A DNA stretch of 64,000 bases from Camelus ferus (taxonomy: Eukaryota): the NCBI RefSeq assembly GCF_009834535.1, contig NC_045707.1:61692001-61756000 (forward strand). The letters are read 5' to 3'. The notes under the pieces are model-generated. The model saw nothing but the letters and a program-made list of their open reading frames with translations. It was not told the DNA's origin and did not search any database. Every line of letters starts with the position of its first letter. Within the stretch, counting starts at the first letter, position 1. A program made the position numbers and the translations under genes. Below are positions 12,302 through 24,295 of this stretch, in pieces.

Positions 12302-14769
12302 TGCTAAGTAAACCTACTTAATTTAGAATGTAATATAAAAAAATTTATATATTAATGCCTAATGTGGGACATTTCAAATGTTCATGTTTTCTTCTTGAAC
12401 TTTCCCTTTTCATTTACCTTAAATTGTATGTTTTTGCTGAACGAATCTGCTTTTTGAGAGACTATATTCTCCTTGCTTGAAGGTGAACCAAGCCGACCTC
12501 AGCCCGGAAGCGTGGTGCTGACTCACTGACACCCTGGGCTTGTCTCCTGCCTGACCAAGTGCAGGATGAGAACAAATTAGAAAGATCTGATTGAGTCATA
12601 TACATTTTAGTATTTTAAGAGGAAAGCACCGAGGTAGCAGAATATACCAAGCAAACTAAGGTTGGAAAATGCTTTTTTTTTTTTTTTTTTTTAATCTCGG
12701 CAGAATTCTTTTCCTTATTCTTTTGTTATCCATATTCTTCCAGTTCGCGTAAATGATACACTTTACAGATGACAGGGTCTGCAGATGGCTCAGCAGCCAA
12801 GAACCATTTGTGGCACATTTGCCACAAGGTCACGTCTTCTAATGACCAGATTTCTCACCCATTGCCCCCTCCACCCTTACTCCCACACTACCCAACACAC
12901 ACGCCAACAAAAGCCCGTCCAAGGAGTTTCAGAGCAAAATGATGGCTTCTTGAATTTTGGGGGTAGAGAAATTTTGCGGTAGCTGTGGATATGTCCTGCA
13001 CCCCAAATTTTTCCTAGGATATGAGTGGAACATACTAAAGGCAGAAAAAATATTTATCTATAAAAGCTGAATTATATGAAAATGATAAGTTTTGCAACCA
13101 GAGTGAGCATGAGTTAAGCTCCTACCTTCAGCAGAAATTTCACCAAGAACAAGAAGTATTTAAAGGGTGGGAAATCAGGTCTTTTGAATCTTAACGTAAC
13201 GTTCCTCTGTGACATCCATTGCGTTAATGACACGGCTCTAAATTCATTTTTAATTTTCTAATTTTCTCGTTCTTTATATTTTGAAGTGTGACTATTTGGA
13301 AAGTTGCTAGAAAAGTGATCATAATCAGTTAAAAGAAATCTGTCTTTAGGAGTACCGGTGTGAGAGACTGGTAATAAAAACATTTTATTGGGCCAATAAA
13401 CTCCCTAGAATCACTTATATATTATTTGAGACATGACTCTTAAGCACACTCTGATATATGTGACCTAAGAGAGTTAATGGAATTTTCAAATATGTCAGCC
13501 CCTTTGTAGATGTCAAGAGCGTAAGCTCTGAATTTAAATGACAAAGGTTTGAAACCTAGCTCCACCACCCCCTAATTATAGGAGCATAAGAATGGTAATT
13601 ATTTTTATTGTTTAAAAGGTACTAAAACTGAGACAATGACCTATTTTTATGAATTCCTACCATGTTCTGTTTTTTTTTAAAAATCCTACTGTTTTGCATA
13701 TTTGACTAGTGTATATATGTGTGTGTGTGTGTGTTTGTATTTTATTTATTAGGTAGATAGATACAGGTATAAAATCAACTAGATGATGAACTCCTGGAGA
13801 GCAAGGTTTCCATTTTATACTGAATTTGATAAAGAAGATGCTCCTTAGATACCTTTGGGTGAATTACTTTCTTTGACATCCACATTTTCCAACTTTATTT
13901 GTGAATACACTTCAAGTGGTTTAATTCTAGGATACTTCAAGAGAAGTATGAAGCACTTATAATCAAAAATGAAACAGAGGGTTCTAATTAAAAGGATGCA
14001 TTCAATTTAGGAACATCATCAGTGCTTACATATTCCACTTGGTCCAAGACTGTAGTATGGAGGGAATAAAAATGAATTTATTCTTTGAATTTAACTAAAC
14101 ATCATTTTATTTTATATATCTTGATATATCTGAATTTTTACTAATAAGAGCACAGTGCATTCTAGCCTATAAAAAAAAAGAAGGGTAAGAAAAACATTAG
14201 AAAATCATGTATTTTTTACAGTAAAATATCTTCTTAAAGGCTGAGAAATGTTAAATATTTTGTACTGATTTACAATCATGATAATTAATTCACATTGTCA
14301 ATTTCCTAGTTCATTTTTGAATAATGATCACACTGATTGTAATGCCTATATAATCCTTCTGTAAATTTTATGAATATTACTAGAGTCAGTGCTCACATAT
14401 ATCTGTTATGGTAGAAGGGCAGTTATTTTTAGCCCAATTTTATAAATGAAGAAAATGAGCTGTGGAAATTTATAGGAAACATTTAAGGTTTTCATGCCTG
14501 ATAAATAGTAAAAGTAGTATTGGAGCTCTTACTTTCATGATTTCGAATTTATGATTCTCTTTTGGCTTTAATGTGTACCCTCATTAATTTCATCATATTA
14601 ACTACTAAGTAACTGCATTCTCCGCACATTGACCTGTTAAATGCATTCAGGATGGTTGTCTCTAAGGATTTTTCTATAAACCTGAAAATATTCAAATATG
14701 ATGTCAATTAATTACCAATACAAGTAACAAACAAATTAAATTGTGGTTGGAGAAAACAAAAAGTTTGAG

Positions 14770-16010
14770 TTTTTCTTCTTAATCCTCACTACCTATAGAT
14801 AACCACTTCTAAACTTTTGCTGTATATATAGAGTCATATATACATACATATATATATATATATCTATCTCCACACGTATATATGCATAGCTATATACATA
14901 TATATTTCTGAATTTGTAATTTTATCTCTGTAGATACATTTCATTACTCTGTGTAGATATCTCTATATTTTATCTCCATGTCTCTCTAGGTAGATGTATC
15001 TTTCTGTACCTACTATCTGTCTTTCTCATTTTATCTCTACCTCTGTCTCCACTGTACAAATTTGTTTTGGTCTTTCTATTTAGATATCCTTATCTCTGGA
15101 TGCAAAAATGAAATGTACACTGTCTTTATATAAACAAAAATAGAATCATCCCCAATATCCCAAATTTGTCCCCTGATTTTTCAGTTAATTTGTGAACATT
15201 GTTTTCATGTCTTTAAAGATTTTTCCAGAATATCATTTTAAATGGTTGCAAAGTAGTTCAATATATGAATGCCTCAGGATTTATCTAAATTATTCTGTAT
15301 TATATGGATATTGAGGCAATACGCATATTTTTACTATGAAAAGCAGCACCACAGTGAACATTCTCATGGCATATATACATACATACATACATATATATAT
15401 GTACACATACATACATATTTATATATATATTTATATATATACTTATTTATTTATTTTAAATAGAGATAATGGAGATTGAACTCAGGACCTCGTGCATGCT
15501 GAGCATGCACTCTACCACTGAGCTATTCCCACCCCCTCTTGTAGCAAATAAATTTAACACATTTGTAAGCTTAAGCCCTTTAGGTGACTTTCTAAGAACA
15601 ATTTCTGGATCAAATAGAACTTAAATTTTCAAGATTTTGAGTTTATATTGCCAAATTAATTTTCTGAAATGCTGTACCAGTTTACACTCCAACTAGAAGA
15701 ATAAACATCCCTGAATTATATAAACATTGGTTCAAATATGCCTTTGATTGACAGCAAATATCTCATCGTTTTGAATTGCACTTTCTTTTTATTACGAGTG
15801 AAGCTAAACATTAAAAAACACATAATGGACATGTGTATTTCTTCTCTGATAATTCACTGCTTATGTTCTTTGACTCATAACTCACCTTTTAAAAATTGTG
15901 TAATTAGTTTAAGAAACAGAGTTTTTTACATTTTAAATATCCTAACCTAGGTCACATATGCTGCAAGTATCATTGCCTTCTGAGATGGCTTATTGTATTT
16001 TTATTTTACA
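14770..16010 (-). mobile_element. Ancient L1 (L1ME-like) fragments interrupted by TA microsatellites and a SINE
   Basis: Degenerate antisense L1 motifs: gataaccact, acagtgaacattct, tattgccaaatt...tgtaccagtttacactcc, tctcatcgttttgaattgcactt. Confidence 0.55.
15441..15536 (-). mobile_element. tRNA-Ala-derived SINE (camelid vic-1-like) with an AT-rich tail
   Basis: The minus strand reads GGGGGTGGGAATAGCTCAGTGGTAGAGTGCATGCTCAGCATGCACGAGGTCCTGAGTTCAATCTCC, with A box TAGCTCAGTGG, B box GTTCAATC and an AGC anticodon remnant. It is followed by a (TAAA)n/(TA)n tail. Confidence 0.85.
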
Positions 16011-16279
16011 TGGTATTAACAACCTAAATTATCCTTCTGCAGAGTGGTGGTGACAACTAAATTTTAATTGTGTACCTACATATAGGGCAATATCTACCTG
16101 CACACCAGGGGATATCCATTCCCACTTAGGGAAGTTATCTTCTCTTATATAGAGCAATCTCTCTAATTTTAGGAAGTTTAAATTATCATTAAATGGGAGA
16201 AATATTAATTGTACTTTGGTCAATGACCATTAAAAATAAATACGACGTGTTGAAATGCCAAGAACAAAAGAAGTAGATA

Positions 16280-16470
16280 GAAATCCTGGCTCTGGTAGTT
16301 AAAAACTGTTTGATTTGAGCACATTATTGATCATGCTTGGGACTGTTTCATCATGTCTGAAATCATTAAAACTATACCTATTTACATTAAAGACCGTTGT
16401 AAGTCTCAAATGAGATCGTTATGTAAAAACAACTGGCAGAGGATCTGGTATATAATATAGTGCTTAGTAA
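16280..16470 (+). mobile_element. MIR fragment
   Basis: aaatcctggctctg...tgtttgatttgagcacatt...gtttcatcatgtctgaaat...aaatgagatcgttatgtaaaa. Confidence 0.5.
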
Positions 16471-18234
16471 TTCATGCTGTCTGTCCTTCCTTCATACATG
16501 TGTCAAGAGTGCTATGAATTGTATTTTTCTAGAGATGGTTGTGTATGAAAAATATGCCTTTTACACAAAAAACTGGCCTTGATGGTAGTAGCAGGGTCAG
16601 GTGTAGAAATCAGACTTCCATTGTCATTCTATAATTCTAAGTAAAATCATTATTATTATTGTTGTTGTTGTTGTTATAATTTCATGAATTTTATAGATGA
16701 CTCCAATGCCTTCTGATGCATCTTTAATTTCCAGGATTTAAAACTTCCGTAAGATAACTTGTTGCCTTTTCAAAATTGCAATACCTTGTGTTTGTATAGC
16801 ACTTTTCAAAGTTGTCAGCTTTAATTAATCTTCACAACATCCCTAGGAGGTAATAGTAGGAGATAAATATCATTGTGCCTTTTTTCCACATTCTGAAAAT
16901 ACATGGCAGAAAGGCAACTTATTCAAGCTTAAACAGAAATTAAGTGGTTCTTAGGAGAGTCTATGGAAATGCGCACATCTAGGAAACTGGAATCATCTTT
17001 TAGTTTCATAACATAATTATTCTGAAGATGCCTAGTATGAGTAGAAATGGGTAGAAAGGTCCTTAAGGGATTGGCTTTGGGTTCAGCACGGGCTTCTAGG
17101 CACAGAACAATTACATCAAAGGATGTCTGCTACTATGGGTTACATTTGTTTTCTAAACTTAGCAGATATGCTCAGGATTTTCAACTTGTGAGTGTTTCCA
17201 CTGAAGCATTTATGCTTCTCTTTTCTGAGGTATAAATATTTCTCATAGTCTTCTCATATTTTCAAACTGTTATATAGGCATGACTCCATTACCTGCAGTG
17301 GAAATTTTTATTGCTAGCATTTTCCAGAGTTGCTGAGGAAATTTATTACAAGAAGTGAATCAGGCTGTTTGTAGATAAAATATTTAGCAAACTATCCCCA
17401 GCAACCAAATTATTATGTTAAGAAAGCTATAAATCTATAGAACAAAAAGGTATTTTGAGGCTAGTCAAGTCAGTCTTAAATTTTATTGTCTCTATAAAGC
17501 TAGTCTTCTGCCAAAGGATCTTCTAAGGTCAAGATAAATGTTTAAAAAGTAGCAATTTGGAAAAAGAAGAAAGAATAGGCAGTATGAGGTGTGCTTCTGC
17601 TTTACTGATACAAACAAAATATAAATTTCCCAGGAATTGAGTGTGACAGAATACATTGATTAAATGACACACTAGAGTCCTGGTGTGGAAAAAAATTCTC
17701 TAGGATGGCATTTGTTTTAGTTTGAATATTGTTCCAGGAAGTTTAAAAGTTATTGGGAAAAGCTTGTTAAAGATACACTTTCAATAGGATGGAGACTGAA
17801 GATACAATTAGTGTGCAGGGTTATAGGGAGGCTGTAGACTTGAATTACAGAAAATAGAAAAGTATTCTGAAAACCGCTGATTTTACCCTACGCTAGCATA
17901 TATCCTTTCCAGAGGAATTTGCTCTGAGAAGATTAAGAAGCCATAATTGATCCATTCATCTTTTCAATTAATGTGACTTTGGATACATGCTCAGCCCTGC
18001 ACTGTGAGCTGAGGGTTACGCCATCAACTCAAACAACACAAACAAATTCAAACAACTATCTAGGAATGAAATTCTAGTGTAGACATATCACAGTGCTGTG
18101 TGTGTGTGTGAGAGAGAGAGACAGAGACAAAGACAGAGAGCTCTAAGTGACTGGCACACGGCCTGAGAATAGAGAAAGATTCTGGGTGCTAAACGGGCCA
18201 GGGAAGGCTTTAGAGTAAAACTGTTCCTTGAGTT

Positions 18235-19283
18235 TGTTGACCTTGAAAAATAAAAAGCCAGTTATTTTACCAGCAAAATGAGTGTTTTGAGGAATAAAGG
18301 AATTTCAACTTGGGACGTGCAAACTATGGCAAGCCATCCACAGGCAAGTCCGAGAAGACCCCTGGGAGGTCAGCCTTTATGGGGTTTTAGGAGGAAAGCG
18401 GGGGGCCTGTGGTGGCTCTTCACCAGCTGCAGGTGGCAGGCAGCTTCTTGCTGGGTCAGAAGGAAATCTTTCTTTCTGCTGGGGTCCGTTAGCTGTGCTG
18501 GGTGATGTGTGTGTGAGAGCTCCCCGTCAGGGCTTCCCGACTTTATTTTTCATTATTTTTCTTCTGGTTTTGTTGAAATATAATTGACATCCGGCAATGT
18601 ATAAGTTTAAGGTGGACAGCATAATGATTTGACTTACATGCATCATGAAATGATGACCACGATGAGTTAGTGGACACCATCATCTCATATAGATACAACA
18701 TTAAAGAAATAGGAAAAAAAAACTCTTTTTCCTGGTGATGAGAACTCTTAGGATTTACTCTCTTAACAGCTTTCATATATAACACACAACTGTGCTAATT
18801 ATATGTATCATGTTGTACATTGCGTCCCTGTAACTTATTTATCTTCTACCTGGAACTTTGTACCTTTTGACGACCTCCAGCCAACCCCTGCCTCTGGGAA
18901 CCACAAGTCTGATCTCTTTTACTGAATTTGTTTTTGAAGTGTAACTGAGTCACAACATTGTGTTAGTTTCTGGTACGCAATATAGTGATTCGCTATTTCT
19001 GTACATCTCAAAACGACCACCATGATAAGTCTAGTTGTCATCTGTCACCAAAGATATTACATAATTATATACTACATTCCCCACACTCTAGGTTTCATAT
19101 CTTTGACTCATTAATTTTGTAACTGAACGTTTGTGCTTGTTAATCTCCCTCCTCTACTTCACTCCTCCCTCCACCCTCCCCTCTGGTAACCACTTGTTTG
19201 TTCTCTGTATCTGTGACTGTCTTTCTGTTTAGTTGTGGTTGTTCACTTGTTTTTGAATGAGGATTCCTTTATTTATGTTCACA
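18235..19283 (-). mobile_element. ERV1-type solo LTR (~320 bp) split by an L1 insertion
   Basis: TG...CA termini (tgttga at 18235, ttcaca ending 19283) flanked by an identical 4-bp AGTT (18231-18234, 19284-19287). LTR body is 18235-18548 plus 19275-19283. Confidence 0.6.
18549..19266 (-). mobile_element. L1 3' end with two tandem 3'-UTR-like blocks
   Basis: Block 1 (about 18549-18920) is the reverse complement of the family at 6881-7198. Block 2 (about 18930-19255) is another L1 3'-UTR-like block. Flanking repeat ctttattt at 18541-18548 and 19267-19274. Confidence 0.85.
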
Positions 19284-21099
19284 AGTTAATTCAAGGATAA
19301 TCATATCTTTAAAATTGATCTGTTATGTGTCATTTTGTACAATTCTAATCTAGTAGAACATTTTCATGTGTAGAGGTGTTACACGTATTCAAAGATGCCT
19401 TGTGTTTGTTGTGGAGCGGAAGCTCTGACGTTGGATTGAACTCTGTGTTCTCTTTATGCATGGCTAGTTGGTTTATATCGAGGCAACTTGAGTAGTTCCT
19501 TAGAGTTTTTGTTTTTCTTCTGCGTTACCACTCTAGATGGAGCTTATGCACGATCGTGAACACACATGTTCCCTCTCTCACACATATGCAAAACAAGACA
19601 GTTTCCAATTCTCAGTCTTGAATGCACAGATGCCCCAGATAAATGATTATTTGCACAGTGCATCTGCTTCTCTTAGCATGTTATTTACTTTTTTTTCTAC
19701 ATTTGTGATTTTAAAAATTATTTTCAGTGAAATTCTTGTTGTTTTAGAAGACTAACTCATTGCCAACAGAACTGATCATCAGATTGAGCAAGGAAATAGG
19801 AAGAACAAAGCCAATATATTTTGAAGTTAAAAAAAAGGAAAATTTTCCTGTAAATTAAACTGATTGGAAGAAAGTTTTCCCTGAAGGATGAGTGCAGTCA
19901 TAGACCCAGGCTCCTTCTCCTGCAGGAAAACTCATCCCCTGCTACAACCCAAAGAGTTGCATCCTTGATGGAAATGCTATATATCAAAGAGAGAGCTGTA
20001 CATTTTTCCCTCTATCTCTAAATTGTTAAGAAAAATATGTCTTAGAGATTAACTTTTGATTATTTGGTTATTTTATTTGGAGAAGCTCTGAGGAAGAGCT
20101 GTAAAATTCAGCTAGCCATTTATATGCTTAGACCTATGCCAGATTTCAGCGTCCAGTAACTCAGTTTTCATTTTATTTCTGTTTAGAATTCTAGCCTTGT
20201 GTGGAGACTGCTGACTTTCACGATGCATGACAAGATTTAACTCGCGGTTGGTTATGATGATCAGTGTGTAAACATATACACACTCTAACAAACATACCTG
20301 TTTTAAGTGCACAGATACACTAGCAAAGAGGTTCAGTATGCATTTATTCATTGACTCATTCATTTAGTCAGCCAAGTATTCCTTAATATTATGTGCCAGT
20401 TACAGTCAATATAATGCCTTAAGATTTTGAGACCTCAGTTTTTTATTTTTCACAGTTGAACTTTTTTTCTTTCAAAATTGAAATTTTCCATTCAGGGATG
20501 AAGAAAATTATATTCCTGTAGTAGGTCACTGGAGAATTTCTGGGAATTCTGGAGAAATTGTAGCTGTAGGGCATTTGGAAATATGTCCATAGGAGAGATC
20601 AAAAGTTTGATCTGTTTTCACATTTAACAGGTCTTCTCAGTGGAGGAGGCACGTATGGTTTAACATATTCGCGTATACTCATTCACAACACCACAAAAAA
20701 CTTATCTAAGTTGCAAACACCATTTAGTGTTATATTCTAGGATCTATTTAAAACAACAATTCTAGTTTCTCTAACCTCCTAATCTAATTTCAGCTTCTCA
20801 TGGTAGAATATGAAGCTTTTGTGTTTAGTACATATTTATCTCAGTGAAATGAGAAAATGCACTTTAATAAAGTTCTCTCTGCTCTTACATTAAACTTGAG
20901 TATAGATAGAACATAGAGGAATTTATGCTACTAGTCATACCCAAGTTGATTAACTTGCGGTATTCAAAGACCATCTTCAGTGAAGAGTGCTGAAACTTCA
21001 ACACAGTATGGATGTGAATTATGATAAATGTACCCTCAGTACGCTTCCAGGTCAGTCCTTTGGCTTTCCAGATTTATTCTCCTGGTGAATACAGAAGCT

Positions 21100-21290
21100 G
21101 ACTGACTTGATTGGAGCCCCAGCCCTACCACTTACTATCTGTGTGATTTTGCACAAGTTAACGTCTACGTGCTTCACTTCCTTTATACAATGAAGGGTTT
21201 CCCTGAGGATTGCGGGAGTTGACACAAGTACAGAACTTAGAACAGTGCTGGTTTCATTGTAGGAGCCTCAGTAAGCGTTGACTATTATGA
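21100..21290 (+). mobile_element. MIR
   Basis: cccagccctaccacttactatctgtgtgattttgcacaagtta...tgaggatt...cttagaacagtgctgg...gttgactattatg. Confidence 0.65.
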
Positions 21291-24129
21291 TGATGAACAC
21301 TGATCCTTCTGAAGGAAATTGCTTTTACCATCAACAGCTCTTTCTGTAGTCTCCGCTCTGCTATTACAATTCCTTGAAAGTCATTATACTGACAGAAGAT
21401 AGGTTTATGTGAAAATGTTGAATTGAGCGTTCAAATGCTTAAGTTTGAGCAAAGGCAGGGGTTAAACTGGACACTGAAGTTCTAATACCGTGTCCTCCAG
21501 CCAGGGCTGGTCTCCCACTACCACTTTCTGTGCCTTTGAAGGAACACTCCCAGCATTCTAGTCTTCATTCCGGACTACTTTTTCCTAGCACTTACTCACA
21601 GTTTCAGGTTTCTTATTCTTGACCAACCTCCCTAATGAATATTATATACAAGCTTCCTAAGATGGGTTGAATATATTCTCTTTTATTAAACATAGTCACA
21701 TGCAAATAGAAATAGCAACAAAGAGCATGAAAACAAGTGACAAGAACAGTGCAGCCAGAGACCCTGAGTTCTGAAGCAGAAAGGGAAACGTGATGGTAAG
21801 GATAACCAGGGGTCTCCTCTTACAACTCAGAGAGTAACTGAAGGTGTGATATGTTTTCGCAACACCAGTCTCCTACTGGGATGCGTGTGCACTGTGTATA
21901 TCTGCTCTTAAATAGTCTACATTCTGTCCCCCTTTCCTGTCAGAATTACCAGAGGAAGTGCAGTTCAACTCACTAGTCCCTTTACTTGTAAATTTGTGTA
22001 ATAGATTTTGGAGGCCTTATCCTATTATTACTTAGATCTTCTAATAAAGGACATTACCTAAATAAACCTAGGCTTCCCTTCTAAGATTCTAATGGTGTCT
22101 CTGTTTGTTTTAAGATAGTCAACAGATCCATAGTTACAAATTAAGGTGTATTTGGAATCTTTTAGAAGAGAGGAAATTTGTGTCCTTCAAAGTTATCAAG
22201 GACTAAACAATAAAAGAACAAATGAGTACTGCCAAGAAGCTGATTTGCATCAGAAACCTTACCTTGTTTTCTCAACTGTAGTTACTAGGAGCCATGGAAT
22301 ATCCCATTAGGAAACAAACTTAAATTTGCTCAGACAGCATGTGATGAGTTATTACCAAGATGATCATGTGTAGAAAGTAATTATTGTGTGAGTCATTCAG
22401 ATCCATAAAAACAGGAATTTATTAAGTCTTAGAAAATTGACTGATTTTAATAGGGTTTATCATCTAGATATGGTTGCATTTTTATTTAAATAATGATGCC
22501 TAGAGTGATTTTTTTTTTCTTAGCAAATACTAATGAAATTAGCACTGGCAATAACAAGGTGTGTTACTGATGTAATAAATTGATTGTTAAAAGTTGGTGA
22601 AACTAAAATTTTTATAAGTTGACTCATGTTTTTTCCATTAATTAAATTTGGAGATATTTCAAACCACAAAAAAATCTTAATCTTAAGCCTTATTGAAACT
22701 CAGTTAATAGTGCTTATTTGGATAGGTAGAGACAGATATATTTAACTGGAAAATAAGATAGTAAAATAACAGAAGTCAACAATTTCCATGCTGAAATTAC
22801 AGTAATGTGCGTTGGGGTTACTGAAATGAGTAAGCTTCAAGGGTCTCACATTCTGGAGGTTAATCATAATATAAATAAAAAAATCTTATTGCCGGTACCT
22901 AATAATAGCGCTGCCATTTATTGTATAGAAGAATAAGTTGATTGAAAACTCTGGGCATGTGAAGAGGCTCTGGCACTGTTCTAGAACGCTGCATCAAGAA
23001 CAAATTCTGGCATTGGTTATGTGTTTTGATATTTTCAAGTCTAGTCTAGGTAGGCAGGGTCCAAAATGTTTGTATATCAGGCCTTACTATAGTATCTCCA
23101 TCTGAAAGTTCTTTACCAATGGTTTGATTGTTAGGAAAGTTTATTTTTAAAGTTAGAGTGTGTCATTGCAAATGTTAAATAGAAAGGTTATCTTTAAGAT
23201 AAATTTAGATAGGAATGAGTCAATTTATTCAGGTCCTTCTAAAGGAGGCTTGTAAAAGGATGGGGAAAAAAGATCCTGTACTTTGGCTCTTTACAAGTAT
23301 ACTTGAGTTATTAACATAAGTGATGGTATATAGTTTTATTTAGAGCATGAATACAGCTTTAATTCCATTCTTTTAAATTATAAAGTTAGAAGTTTCAACA
23401 TCTAAGTCAGAACTCTGACATTTTAGAAATTAATAATACAGTCATAGCTGGGTATGTGTTTTTCTTCAAAGAGGTTTCCATTAATCCCCTTCCAGTCTTC
23501 AGATTAGAAGGTACACCTACTGAGGACTTTTTGCGTTTTGTTCTTCTGAGATTTGGACTTAATGTTCGGAGACATTTAGCTTTTCCACAAGGAGGTTAAG
23601 GAGATTATTCAGATCTTGAAGGGGTGTTTTCTTCTGAGGAGAGGAAGAATCACAGCATCTCTTGACCAGAGCAGAGTTTAACCACCAACATTGGCCTGGT
23701 GGGGTGGGCTTGGGATACGCAGATAAAGCAAGACTAAAAACCAAAAAAAAAGTATGATTAGTTCACATTTTGATAGAGTTCTAAATTATAGATCGGATTC
23801 TGTCACGCCCTTGCACTGACCTTCAGTACTGTTTTTGGCTTAGAGTTTGAAGTCCGTAGATTAAATTCAGATCCCTAATTGATTTCTTTTTGGTCTAATC
23901 TTTCTAGACTCAGATTCTTTTACTCCACGTAAAACTGTTGCCCAGCAAGACTACACATCCTCCTCTCTAACATTTTAGTCCTTCTCTTTCTTGATCGAGG
24001 GACACCCCTGTCTCCTTCAGCGATCTGGACTTTGATTCCAGTGAGCCGTCCCCACCCTCCCGAGTCAGATATGCCTCCTGCTGTGCTTCCACGGGCACGC
24101 TGTGTTTCTCAGACACACACTTATTGTAC

Positions 24130-24295
24130 CGTTACATTAAGTGTTCATTTACGTATCTCACTTGTTTGGCACTTCAGTCTCTTTGAGGTCAGGGAATACA
24201 TCGTATACATCTTTGCAGTGTCAGTATCTTGTGTCTAATGTTTGCAGCACTGTAGGTGTAATAATTAATGTTTACGAAATGAGTAAGACTGAGTG
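24130..24295 (+). mobile_element. L2 3' end
   Basis: ctctttgaggtcaggga...catctttgcagtgtcagta...tgtaggtgtaataattaatgtttacgaaatgagt. Confidence 0.55.

Noticed and set aside
15465..15536. tRNA-Ala(AGC) gene
   Set aside because: The acceptor stem does not pair and an AT-rich retroposition tail follows, so it is a SINE rather than a functional tRNA.
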